This document shows positions 37,650-49,237 of a stretch of DNA of 64,000 nt, in pieces. The DNA comes from Lama guanicoe (lineage: Eukaryota): positions 2,542,001 to 2,606,000 of the forward strand of contig MU054212.1 of NCBI GenBank assembly GCA_013239625.1, written 5' to 3'. A model generated the notes under the pieces. The model saw only the letters and a program-made list of their open reading frames with translations, searched no databases and was not told where the DNA came from. Position 1 is the stretch's first letter. Every line of letters begins with the position of its first letter. The translations under genes were made by a program, and so were the position numbers.

Positions 37650-39000
37650 TTACTTGTGCCTTAATATTTTTTCTTGGTCAGTTTATAGCTTTATTTCATT
37701 TTTTTTGATGATCCTCTATTTTTTGTTATATTTCATTATTTTATTATCTTTAGTATACCTTTCAAAATCCTTCCTTATTGTTATATTGTTTTTTCTGCAT
37801 TTAGTTTTGGCTTCCTCCTCTGTATTCCTGAGTTATTATTTTCCATCTTTTTTGTTTTTACATAAAGGCATTTAAGGGTACCAGTTTAATTCTAAGAACC
37901 GCTGTATCAACACCTCACAAGTTTTGATATTGACAACTTTTATTATAGTTCAGTTCTAAATGTTTTAAATTTCTATTGTAATTTTCTCTTTAGCCACAAG
38001 ATGTTTCTTAATAAATTATCAAAGTTCCTAGCACATGTACTGTTGTCACACAGTGACATATAATATTGATTCTTTAAAATTTGATCAGGTTTTTGTAAAT
38101 TAGCATAACATCGATTTTTTTTTAATATTACATGTACTGGAAAAAAAGTACACTGTGTCAGGCACAGGATTCTGTATTTACTTATTAGATCTTCTGCATC
38201 AAGACTATCCAGTATGGTAGCCACTAAGCAGATGGGCTACTAAGCACTTGAAATGTGACACGCAATGTACTGAAAAAAAGAATGCAAAACATCTCATGAA
38301 TTTCATATATCTTGAAATAGCATTTGAGTTACATAAAAAATATTATTAAAAGTTCCCCTGGACCAGAAGTTTATTCTTTCATTACATAACAACACAATTA
38401 TTATTAGATTAAAATTTTAAAAAATTATATGTATAAAAGTGGTCACATGATTTTACTTGTGTAATCATACTAACCTCAGTCCTACATGGATAAAAAATAA
38501 AACATATCATAGTAAAACAAAAACAAAAACAAACAAAAAGTTCCCCTGCTTCCATATTTTTAAATGTATCTACTAGGAAAAAATTTAATTATATATGGAG
38601 TTGACATTACATTTCTATTAGAATCATTCTCTATTTTTATTGTTGTCTGTTTGAGCCAAGTTTCTGCTTGAAGTGGATTAAAATCCTTCCACTGTGGTTT
38701 TGGAGTTTTACATTTTTGCTTGTGATTCTCAGTTTTTGCTTTATATGTTCCAAGGTTATTACATCTTAAGTGGTTTTTCTATTCAATTACTTAGAATCCT
38801 TTTTTATTCCTATTACTGCTTTTGCTTTAAATTCTGCTTGGATATTAACATACCTGTGTTTACCTTCTAACTATTTGTTATATTTTGTTTTAGTTGTTCT
38901 CTCTTAATAAGAATAATGCAGTTGGGTTTCCCAATTTTATGTCTTTTTATAAATAAGCTTAATCTGTTTATGATATTGTGACTGATGTATTTAGACCTAA
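37650..39000 (-). mobile_element. Old L1M fragment interrupted by a MER3-like element (~38200-38625)
   Basis: T-rich antisense L1 ORF2-like sequence (gcatttaagggtaccagtttaattctaagaac, cacaagttttgatat). The MER3-like part reads tccagtatggtagccactaag...taagcacttgaaatgtg...atttctatt. Confidence 0.6.
38361..38535 (+). mobile_element. Orphan retrotransposed fragment with AATAAA, A-rich tail and 13 bp TSD
   Basis: TSD aaaagttcccctg at 38348-38360 and 38536-38548; AATAAA at 38496-38501; tail aaaacaaaaacaaaaacaaac from 38514. Confidence 0.8.
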
Positions 39001-39015
39001 TTCTATGATATTCTT

Positions 39016-40002
39016 ATATATTGAAGTATAGTCAGTTTACAATGTGTTGATTTCTGGTGTGCAGTGTAGTGATTCAGTTATATACATATATATATGTGTG
39101 TGTATATATATATATATTCCTCTTTCATGTTCCTTTTCATTATAGGCTATTACAAGGTATTAAATACAGTCCCCTGTATATAGTAGGACCTTGCTATTTA
39201 TCTATTCTATACATAGTAGTTAATATCTGCAAACCCCTAACTTTCAATTTATCCCTCTATTCCCCTTTTCCCCCCAGGTAACCACAAGTTTGTTTACTAT
39301 GTCTGTGAGTCTGTTTCTGTTTTGTAAATAAGTTCATTTGTGTCATTTTTTAAGATTCCATATAGAAGTGATACCATATGGTAGTTTTCTTGCCCTTTCT
39401 GGCTTATTTCACTTAGTATGACAGTTTCCAATCCCATCCATGTTGCTGCAAATGGCACTATTTCATTCTTTTTTATGGCTAAGTAGTATAAACATATTAT
39501 GTAAATATTGTATAAACATACCACAACTTCTTTATCTAGTCATGTCGATGGACATTTAGGTTGTGTCCATGTCTTGACTATTGTTAATAGTGCTGCTATG
39601 AACATTGGGGTGCATATATCTTTTCGAAGTAGAGTTTCCTCCAGATACATGCCCTGGAGTAGGACTGTTGGATCATATGGTAAGTCTATCTTTAGTTTCA
39701 AAGGATTCTCCATATTGTTTTCCATGATGGCTGCACCAAACTACATTCCCACCAACAGTGTAGGAGGGTTCCCTTTTCTCTACACCCTCTCCAGCATTTA
39801 CTGTTTGTAGACCTTTTAATGATGGCCATTCTAACTGGTGTGAGGTGATACCTCATTGCAGTTTTTACTTGCATTTCTCTGATAATTAGCGATATTGAGC
39901 ATTTTTTCATGTGTCTGTTGGCCATCTGTACATCTTCACTGGAGAGTTGCTTGTTTAGGTCTCCTATTTTTGGATAGGGTTGCTTGTTTTTTTGTTATTG
40001 AG
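39016..40002 (-). mobile_element. 5'-truncated young L1 with 12 bp TSD
   Basis: ORFs 39698..39925 ([36 protein letters not shown]) and 39540..39725 (DLPYDPTVLLQG...CTPMFIAALLTIVKTWTQPKCP) are L1 ORF2. TSD tatgatattctt lies at 39004-39015 and 40003-40014. Confidence 0.95.
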
Positions 40003-40332
40003 TATGATATTCTTTCATTAATTGGCCACTTTTTCCCTTTTTTTTGTTTATTCCTTCTTTCCATTGGATGAGTACATTTTCTCTATTTCTCCTTCTCCCT
40101 TTTTCCTTTTCCTCCCTCTTTTCTGGCTCTTAAATTTTGGAGTTATATTTGTCTTTTTAAAATAACGACATATTTTTATACTAACATTTTAAATATTACT
40201 CTTACAAATTCTACCTTAAAATTTTCCCAGAAAGTCTAAAGTTTTTCAGTCTTTCTAGTCCCCTGAAAAGAAAAGTCCCTTAGCATACTTTATCTATTCA
40301 TTCATCAGGCTTCCTGCCTTGTATCTTGTTAC

Positions 40333-40815
40333 TGTATCAGCTACCTGTTGCTTCAATAATGTTGTATAACAAAGAACCACACAGACACACAAAATCAGTG
40401 GCATAAATCAAAAAACATTTACTTAGCTTAAGCGCCTACAGGAACTAGCTGATCTACACTAGCCTTGCACCTGTGGTCAGCTGGCTGGTTGGCTGGTGTT
40501 GGCTGTGTTCACTTGGCTTTGTCTTTCTCTCGCATTCCTTCAGCAGTTAACCTGGGCAGACTTCCATGGCAAAGACAGAGGTACAGAGGGGATGCAGAAC
40601 TATGCTTTTGATGCACAAAAGGGGATGCACCAGTACTTCTACAAGACTATACAAGTCATATCAGCTAACGTTGACCAAATCAAGTCACACAGCCAAACTC
40701 AGTGTGGAGGAGCAAGAATATTAACTCTGCCTCTTCAGTGAGAACTGTAAAATTATATGGTGCACGAACTCGGAGAAGTAAAGAATTGAGATCATGAATG
40801 CAACCAATCTGTCAC
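40333..40815. mobile_element. MaLR LTR (MLT1-like)
   Basis: tgtatcagctacctgttgcttcaataatgttgtataacaaagaaccac...gaccaaatcaagtcacacagccaaactcag...aagaattg...aatctgtcaca. Confidence 0.7.
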
Positions 40816-43800
40816 ATTTAACTTTACCTTTTCTTTCCATCCCAAAAGGAAGTGATCTGTTTCCTACGAATAACTACAGTTGACACGTTTTACGTCATCT
40901 CTTTCCTTTTTTTGTGTTCTATGCCTTCTTCTGGATAATGATGATTTTGCTAAAGTACTCTTCCATAGATGACAAGCTCTTGGTCTTTATTAAGTCCGAA
41001 AAGTTTTCTATTTTGCCTCACTTAAGAATGATAGGTTAGCTGGGTGTAACATTTAGGCTGACTTATTTTCCCTCAATACTTGACTCCACTGTATCTTTTG
41101 ATTGTTGTAGAGTTCTCTTGTCTAAATTTTATTCCTTTATAGGTCATGTGTCTTTTCTCTCAGGTAGTTTTTAGATGTTTTTCTTCCTGAACACCATCAT
41201 GGTGTATCTGAACATGGATTCATTCTTATTTGCCCGCATTGGACTTCGTGCAGATTAACAATCTGAGCATTAATAGAGTGAACTGTGGAAAACTGTCAGC
41301 TTTTATTTAAGCATAGCTTTCCCACCAATCCCTCCATTTTCTACTTCTGGAGCTGCCTTATTAAAACTCCACATTCACTTCTGTATCTCTTCAATGTTCC
41401 TTCATTCATATATATTTTAATCTTTTTGTTTCTTTGTGCTCTGGTATCACACTATCATCTAATTCACAAATTTTCTCTTCAGTTGTATCCACCCTACAGT
41501 TTATGCCAATTAGCTTGTTTCAATTACTGTATTTTTTACTTGTAAGATTTCTCAAGTTTATGTGTATGTGTGTATATATATGTATTTAATTTCTCCATGC
41601 TTTTGTTTTGTAATTTTATCCTTTTGATGATGTGAATAGATATACTTCCTTGAACATCTTAAAATTCATATTTGAAAATGTCAGACTGTTCTATAAAATT
41701 AATTTTATGTGGTGGGACTACATGTTCTGTCAAGTGATCTTGACATATTTTGAAGTTTTAGTTCATGGACTTATTTAAAGTAGGTTTTACTTGTATTTTT
41801 ATTTTTTCTCTCTTCCTCATCCTTCTTCTTCCTTCTGTAATTCCGTTTGTACTCCTGGACCCCTACACAAAGTCCAGAACTAAATCTTTAAGAATTTCTT
41901 TCCCTACAATTCCTAAATTATAGGAACGTTTTATAAGTTCCTAAATTATAGGAACGTTTTAGACCTAATTATCAAAATACCTTGCTTTTGCTCCAGATTA
42001 AGAAGCTAAATATGTACTTTCTAACATCATTATACTCAGCTTCCTCAAAACAGGGCCTATGCAGTGGCCAGCAACAGCAAGCTTATTTTTTAAAACCTCA
42101 TTTTATGTGTGGAAACAGTTGGAGAGAGTTGCATTCTAGCTGCCTGATTGTCAGGCAGTAAATCTGGCTCCAGGATCTGATCCTGTGTAATACTTTTAGT
42201 TTCTATTACTTCATAGGAGCCAATTTCTTAAGTATCACTACAGTATCACTATGTGCTTCTAAACTCAGAACCCAGGTGGCCCATGGTTTCAGCCTCATTC
42301 GCCAATTTACATTTTTACTCTATTTTTGTTCCACAGAGATGCTTAGTTTGTTTGAGCCAGGCTATCTCTGCTTTGGTTCACCTTTTTGTTTTATCTAATA
42401 TTAGTAATAATATGTGTTTGGAGACGGTACATCGAAGCATGAACTACGCCTACTTTATCAGAAGTCTACATGGAATGTTCAAACATACACATATGCACAC
42501 ATACACACACACAACCCCAAAACAAACACAAAAAACCGCAAACATATTCTTTCTGACCTTGAGTGACTGACCTCGTTCATTTTCTATTCCCAAAGAAACT
42601 TTCAAGTCAAATGACATTCTTAGTGATACCAATGATTAAACATAAACTGTTACCCTCCAAAAAGACTATTTCGAATTATGGTTCAAAGACGTTTAATCAT
42701 GGAAACACCTTACGTACGTTTTATTTCAAAGGACCAAAGAGTTTAGTCCCACTAATTTGCAGCTTGGAATTCAATTTCTTCTTATAAAAATCTAGTTATA
42801 ACTTACTAAAACTAAAAAAAAATTTTTTTGTGGGGGAGAGCGGGGTAGAGGATGAATGACTTTCAGAATAGCCTGAGAGTTGTGAATAAAGAAAAACATT
42901 GCTGTGTTTATTTAGAGAGTATTACCCCTTGGAGCCAGCGTTTGCACTAATGCATTTTACATTAGCGTGCCGCATCAGGAAATCCTGACTTTTTGGTGCC
43001 AAGGGGGTAATTAATATCAGTTCATGTTTTCAAAATGGTTGTGTTTATGTGGGAATGAGGACTGAGCACTAACATGTTGAGCTTGAAGTATGAAAGCTTG
43101 CTGTGAAGCAAGATCTTTGGAAAGACTGGAATACTGAAATTAATGAACAGGAAGTAGGGTTTCTAGCAATAGAACAATATTAGTACCAGAAAGAAAGCTA
43201 CAGCCGTACTTCCTTGCTCTTCATTTACTAAGCATTAACAGAAGTAATTCCCTAATATAGTCATGTTGATAAAATATAAAATCCTTGATAGCTATAAACA
43301 GTATTTTGATACATAACATCAGGAGTCCTAAAAGTTTAAAAAAATGATGTGTATGAAAAAGTAGATAAAAAACAATCATTAGTCCAAAATATCCTTCCAT
43401 GGCTAATATAATTATACCTCTTGTTGACATAAAATTCTGTATATTTGACCAAAAGCTGAGTAACGAGAGCCACTATAGGTGTAAAATCAATGCTTTTAGT
43501 ATATCTTTTTTTTTTCCTGCCAAAAAGAAAAGTCAGCAGGGAAACGAGAATCAAAGTACACATTTCATACGGTAAAAATTAGAAAACAAAGGAAATGGCA
43601 AGAAAGCATTAGAGAAAAAAGTCCAAAAAAACAAATTAAAGCAGAAATGAGAATAAATTTAAAAACCTAAATGATTTTATAAAATCCTAATAACACAATT
43701 CTCAAAATAAGTACTTAAAAGACATGCTCTTTATACAATTTATTACTATACAGATTCTAAAAAGATAATAAATACATTTTTACCAATATTTTAAAATTAA

Positions 43801-44029
43801 ATCTATTGTTACTAAATATAGCATTCAATTAATTCAAGTGATGGAAGGCAGAGGAAATCTTAAAGGAAATATAATGAATTTTGTCCTATTTCATTAGTCA
43901 GGAATATGAACTGAATGATTATGAAATATACCACACACACAATACACTAACTCGTCATTCCTAAAAATGGTGACTCCAATCAGAATGCCATCGGGCAGTA
44001 TGAACTGGCCCTCCACTACGTGCCCCTCC

Positions 44030-44450
44030 ATCAGAATATAGGCTTTGCTGCTGTAACAAAGAGTTTAAATAAGACAGAACTGTTACTTCTCTTGTGTCAA
44101 CGTCCAAACAGAGAGGAAGTAGACAAATGGGATTCATGAAGCCATTCAGGAGACTTTTGATTCTGTCTAGTTATACCGTCAGAATCTCTAGAGTGTTTTT
44201 CTAATCTATAAAGCCAAAGCTCCCCACTAATATGTCATATGCCAGCCCTTGGGGAATGGAAAAGAGAAAATGAAGCACACTTTAAACAATATAATCTAGA
44301 AACTGCACATGTCACTCAAGCTCACATTCCAGTTCCATCTGAACTTAGTCAGATGACCACATCTAGATGCAAAAGAGGCTGTGAAATATAGTCACTAGGT
44401 AGGCAGCCACGTGCCTGAGCAAAACTTGGGGATTTTTTTTTTAAAAAGAG
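44030..44450. mobile_element. MaLR LTR (MLT1-like)
   Basis: catcagaatataggctttgctgctgtaacaaa...gaacttagtcagatgaccacatctagatgcaaaagaggctgtgaaatatagtc. Confidence 0.65.
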
Positions 44451-45108
44451 AGAGGAATACTGCGGAATAATCACTATGCCCCAACAGAGACCAAAGATGA
44501 TAAAACCTTCTCAGAATATACAGAATTTTTCATTCACCTATTCTAACATTAAGTAATTATTTATAACGTACTGTCTCATGAAAAACCTCTCAGTATGTTA
44601 TCACAGTTAAAAAAATTATAGCCTAAACATGTATACACTGCTCACATATCCAAGTTTTTAAACTACAGATCTCTATCAGGAAAAAGATGTAATAAAAAAA
44701 TATACAAACACATGTATCCACATAAGTACAAGTATATAACATACACACACATATATGTATATGTATGTATGTGTATCTGTATAGTATCCTTCTTCATTCT
44801 CAAGTTTCCCAGATAGAGCAATAAATTAAATGATCACCTTTAATAAGTTAACAAAAATTATATTGCATTGTCTATTTCCAAGAATTGGACTTTTAAACAA
44901 TATAAAAGATTTTATATTGATTTGTTAATTTTTTTCTAGTTATCAAATTATGATACTTTGGGGCAGCCATGGAGGTAATTGGGCTGCAAAAAATTATAAA
45001 GCTTGAAAATGTCAACAAGCAAGAATCTCCAAGAGGTTCTAGTCTTTCTCCATAAAAACACATTTCAGTAATTCTCTTACAAGCAGCCATTCAATGTTTA
45101 TACCCTTG

Positions 45109-45299
45109 TAATTAATTCTTATCCAATTAGGAAAAAAAAAAAAAACTTTTGCAAGGGGGAAAAACTCACAACTTTATGCCAATTAAGTGAAGTTATACTT
45201 AACTATTAATTAATTCTTATCCAATTAGGAAAAAAAAAAAAACTTTTGCAAGGGGGAAAAACTCACAACTTTATGCCAATTAAGTGAAGTTATACTTAA
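45109..45299. repeat. Tandem duplication, 94/93 bp copies (45109-45202 and 45207-45299)
   Basis: taattaattcttatccaattagg(A)n cttttgcaagggggaaaaactcacaactttatgccaattaagtgaagttatacttaa occurs twice. The copies differ only in A-run length (14 vs 13). Confidence 0.95.
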
Positions 45300-45399
45300 A
45301 TCTAATTAGTCTTTGAAATGGCATAAATCAAACATGCCTAACTATAATTAATGTTTTAAATAAACAAAGTAAGGTGACATCTCAAATCAGTTGGTTTAT

Positions 45400-46250
45400 T
45401 AAATAAAATGATATTGACACAACTGGTTATCCATATAGAGAAAAGTTAATGCTCTAAATCATACCATGTACAATAAATTTTAGAAAAGTGGAAACAAATA
45501 TGAGGAATATTTTTATAAATTTGGAAGTTAGGGAGGTTGTAAGAAGCTATGAAATTGAATATGTAAAAGTCTTAAACCTTTAATACAGTGGAAGACATAA
45601 CTAAAGTTAAAAAATAATGAACAGAGTGAAGAGATGTACAATATATAGAGACAGAATTAACATTTGCACACTTAGAACCATATATAATTTTATATATTTA
45701 TGTATATGTGTTTAAATTATTTCCTTTCTATCTTACACAACAAACATCTCAAAACAAAAATGCACAAAGAACATTAAAAGGCATTTCACAGCAAAAAATA
45801 ATAAAGTGTCATTAGGTATTTGAAAAGATGCTCAAAGTTACAAATAAATCAAATGTAATTCAAATTAAATTCTGCAGTAGCCTTTTTAAAAAAGCCTACT
45901 AAAACTGCAAAAATTAATGAGGCTAACAATCTGGTGTTAGAACGATGTATCTTTTAGGAAGACAAAAAAGTACACAGCCTTACACCTAACATATTAAGAA
46001 ATTTAGTGTACAGAAATACCCCAACAATCATACAAAAACAAGAAACCCTGACAGTTTATGAAAGCTTTGTTTTTGCAATAGTAAAAAATTAGGAACACTA
46101 CAGGAATAAGGAGCATTTAAAATATTTTTAACTTAAAAGTTGCAGAACAGTATGGCTAGTATGACTCTTATTTTTGTTTAAAAAGACAAAAAGAATAATA
46201 TGTTGGCTTATGTGTATAAAACCAAGTTGGAAGAAGTATATTAAACCTTT
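45400..46250 (+). mobile_element. Old L1M fragment(s)
   Basis: aactggttatccatatagagaaaa, aaatatgaggaatatttttataaatttggaag and tttgaaaagatgctcaa are degenerate L1 ORF2-end motifs. Confidence 0.55.
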
Positions 46251-47459
46251 TTACTGTTACCTTTAAGAGAGAAAATTATGGAGACTGTTCACTTACTATA
46301 TAATCTATTTTTGCTAACATCTTAATTACTTAACTTAAATGACTTTTAAAAATAAAAGACAGTGATTTAGTCATACAAATTCTAAGATGGTGTCTAATCC
46401 ATTATTGACACTGAAGATACAGAATTTCACAAGCAGGAAGAGCCCCTGGTACCAAGGTGTTATTTAAAAGAGTACTTGTCTTTTAGAGATACATACTGAA
46501 ATAATTAAAGGACATGGTGTCTGTTTCAATTTGTAGGTGAGTGTATGGACAGTAAAAGATTGGCCATGAGTTGCTAAGTAGTCAAGTTAGGTTTCTGGTA
46601 TATGAGCATCATTACACCATTCTCTCCACTTTGGTGTACATTTGAAAATTCCATTAAAAAAAACAAAACCAAAAACAATTTGCCACCACAACTCTACAGA
46701 AAAATACTAATGTAGTCTCAAACAACTAAACTAGCACACTTAAATATTTTTAAATGTTGATCTCTTACTACAGTTTGCTTTTACAATTTCATGGGATGGG
46801 ATGGTATTTTATTATAATATATTTCAATGAAATATTCAGTTTTAGAACATATAGTCAATATGACAATGTCAAACTTGGTAGAAAGCTACAGGTAAAGTTA
46901 TTCTTACTAGGTATCAAAGGAGTAAGGTAATTTTTGTCACCACCAATTAGAAAGTTTTACGAAATAGGAGTGTTATAAAACAATTAAACCTTGCAAATGC
47001 ACTAGTCTCCAGGAAGAAAGTCCTGGAGGAAATTCTGCTTATTAAAATTGCAATTTTAGTTTCCATTAAAAGGAGAATAAGACAACAGAAGATGGGCTGG
47101 CAAGACAAATTATTTCTTAATGTCAGTTGAGCTTATTTCAAATGAGATAACATATCTACACCAGGTTGGGTTCAGTACAATTTTGTCTCCTCAACTCATT
47201 TATCTAATTCAGTCATCTTGATTATAGCCTCATGGACTTCATTTTCAGAGAAAGAGTTCTGTAACAAACAGCCCACACAACATGCTGATTACTGAACGTT
47301 AATTCTAATTAACTTGGGCATGACAAGAGAATTTTGATAAAGTCCTAGAATACAAATACAGTCTGCTTATACCAGACTAACTTATAGAAAAAACCCACAG
47401 CATAATCTCCAGACAAAACAAGAGAGTCAAAGAGATCTAATTTAAAGAAACAAATGAGA

Positions 47460-49210
47460 AAATTAAAATCACAAATAATTTATTCTTCCGTTAGAGTTGA
47501 TACAGTTTTAAATAGCAACAAAGTACACAGTGGTGGAAAATTGGCACAGAACCTATGAACATTTCAATCACAATAAGGCTGTCCATGCTTTACCTGTTCA
47601 AACTTGATGTCTGTTTTCTACTGACCACATTGGAAAAAACCCTACTCTGACCTTAAAACACACACTCTCTTTCACACACACAGAGACACACTGAAATTCT
47701 TCCTTTTGATTACAATATAGTAAGAACAGTACGTTTTGCTTATTCAAATTTATGGCACCCCTTCTGTTTTGTTTCCAGTTAGAAGTGGGAAAAAACAATT
47801 CAATTATAAAGAACGTATCTTATTCCCTGGGCATAGGCAACTGTGATGAAAATAGCAACTTACCTTTGGGCTAGATGTTTTCAGATTATGCTTAAATAAT
47901 TACGGTTATAAACTTCTCAATGCATGATTTCCTGCCCAATGCAATATTCCTGAAATTAGCTAAAACAATCAGGCAGGCACAGGACAGTCTCAAATATGAT
48001 TAAATGTGCCGTGCTAATAAACAAAGTGATCTAGGGTGCAACCTTATGCTTTTAACACAGATCAGAATGAACCTCACCAACAAGCATTTTCCTAAACATC
48101 TGTGTTATATTAATCAACATAAAAAAGGGGAAAACTTAAGTGTTCCTTTATAAATGGCATTATTTCCAGTTAAGAAAGTTGAAATAAAGGTTTTTAAAGT
48201 CTCCTGAACTATTCTAATATATAAACCAATTATCCTTCTAATGTTAAAAAATAAAATTGCTGAATCAATGTTGACTCTTCTCTGATATTTTTTATAAAAT
48301 GTTTTGATATTACTAAGTTCCCTGATTACTCAAACAAGGTAAAATTAACACTTTAGTTTTCAGTTATTGCTATTTTAGGAGAGGATTATCACTTCATTTA
48401 CATGAAACTGCTACCAAGATTCTTCAGATCCCACATGAAGTAATTCTTATTGCCTCACATTTTAAAACTGTATTATAAATGAGCTTTATAAAAAGGTTTT
48501 AATCCACAAAACTGGAGAGCTTGTAAAAAAAAGTCTTTTTACTCAAAACTGTATCACAGTGCCCTTGATTATCTAACAGATAAAAGGATCTGAGTTTCCT
48601 CTCAAGAACGTAACAGTGGACATATGGTGTGCTTTGTCTTCTCCCTCACCTTTATCTTCACAGAACACCATTTTGAGACCAACATAGTCAAGCATCCACC
48701 ATGCTCTGATCCCCATTAACAGAGGGTGTCTGATTCTGCCCAGTGCACAGTGTACCGCCTTGCATATTCACCACATGAAATAAACATAATATACAAAATA
48801 TTGCTGCTGTAAAAAGTGTACATTTCCCTCTTCCCCTTACAAAAGAATCTGTGGAAAAGTATTAAATTCCCTTAACCTTCATAAACATACAAAGCTGTTC
48901 ACACCTTTCAGTCTGTAACAGTTCATTTGAAACACAGTTCTGAAATCACTGCAAATTGGTTATGTCATTGTATTTTCTGTCCAATGTTGCCATCTAGAGT
49001 AGAAATGTGAAATCAAGAGTATTTTTGAGCTACTAAAGCCTTTTCATAACTAAGCCACAGAGGCTGCTTACTGATGAAACAGCCATTTATCCAGAAGGTT
49101 TTTCCAAAAACTAGATGGAATGAAAGGGTCTCTTCACAGGGAGGTGTCCACAGTGCTGAGGTGACAATATGGCTGCTAATAGATACTGGCTATTGGAATG
49201 TAAGTACTTT
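47460..49210 (-). other. SS18: SS18 3'UTR (end approximate)
   Basis: Sequence after the TGA with no recognisable interspersed repeat. It begins AAAAGTACTTACATTCCAATAGCCAGTATCTATTAGCAGCC, resembling the recalled SS18 3'UTR, and runs to a canonical poly(A) signal. Confidence 0.8.
47479..47484 (-). terminator. SS18: Probable SS18 polyadenylation signal AATAAA
   Basis: Plus-strand tttatt is AATAAA on minus, followed by a U/GU-rich downstream tract (TTATTTGTGATTTTAATTTTCTCATTTGTTTCTTT). Confidence 0.7.
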
Positions 49211-49237
49211 TCACTGCTGGTAATTTCCATACTGTCC
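49211..49237 (-). CDS. SS18: SS18 terminal coding segment GQYGNYQQ-stop
   Basis: atcttttag|GGA CAG TAT GGA AAT TAC CAG CAG TGA is the known 8-residue SS18 C-terminus. The phase 0 acceptor matches the preceding exon. Confidence 0.96.
   Translation of the reverse strand, partial: GQYGNYQQ

Noticed and set aside
1..47400. Additional protein-coding gene downstream of SS18
   Set aside because: No ORF with recognisable protein similarity or consistent exon chain was found. The ORFs are short, and those I could assign map to repeats.
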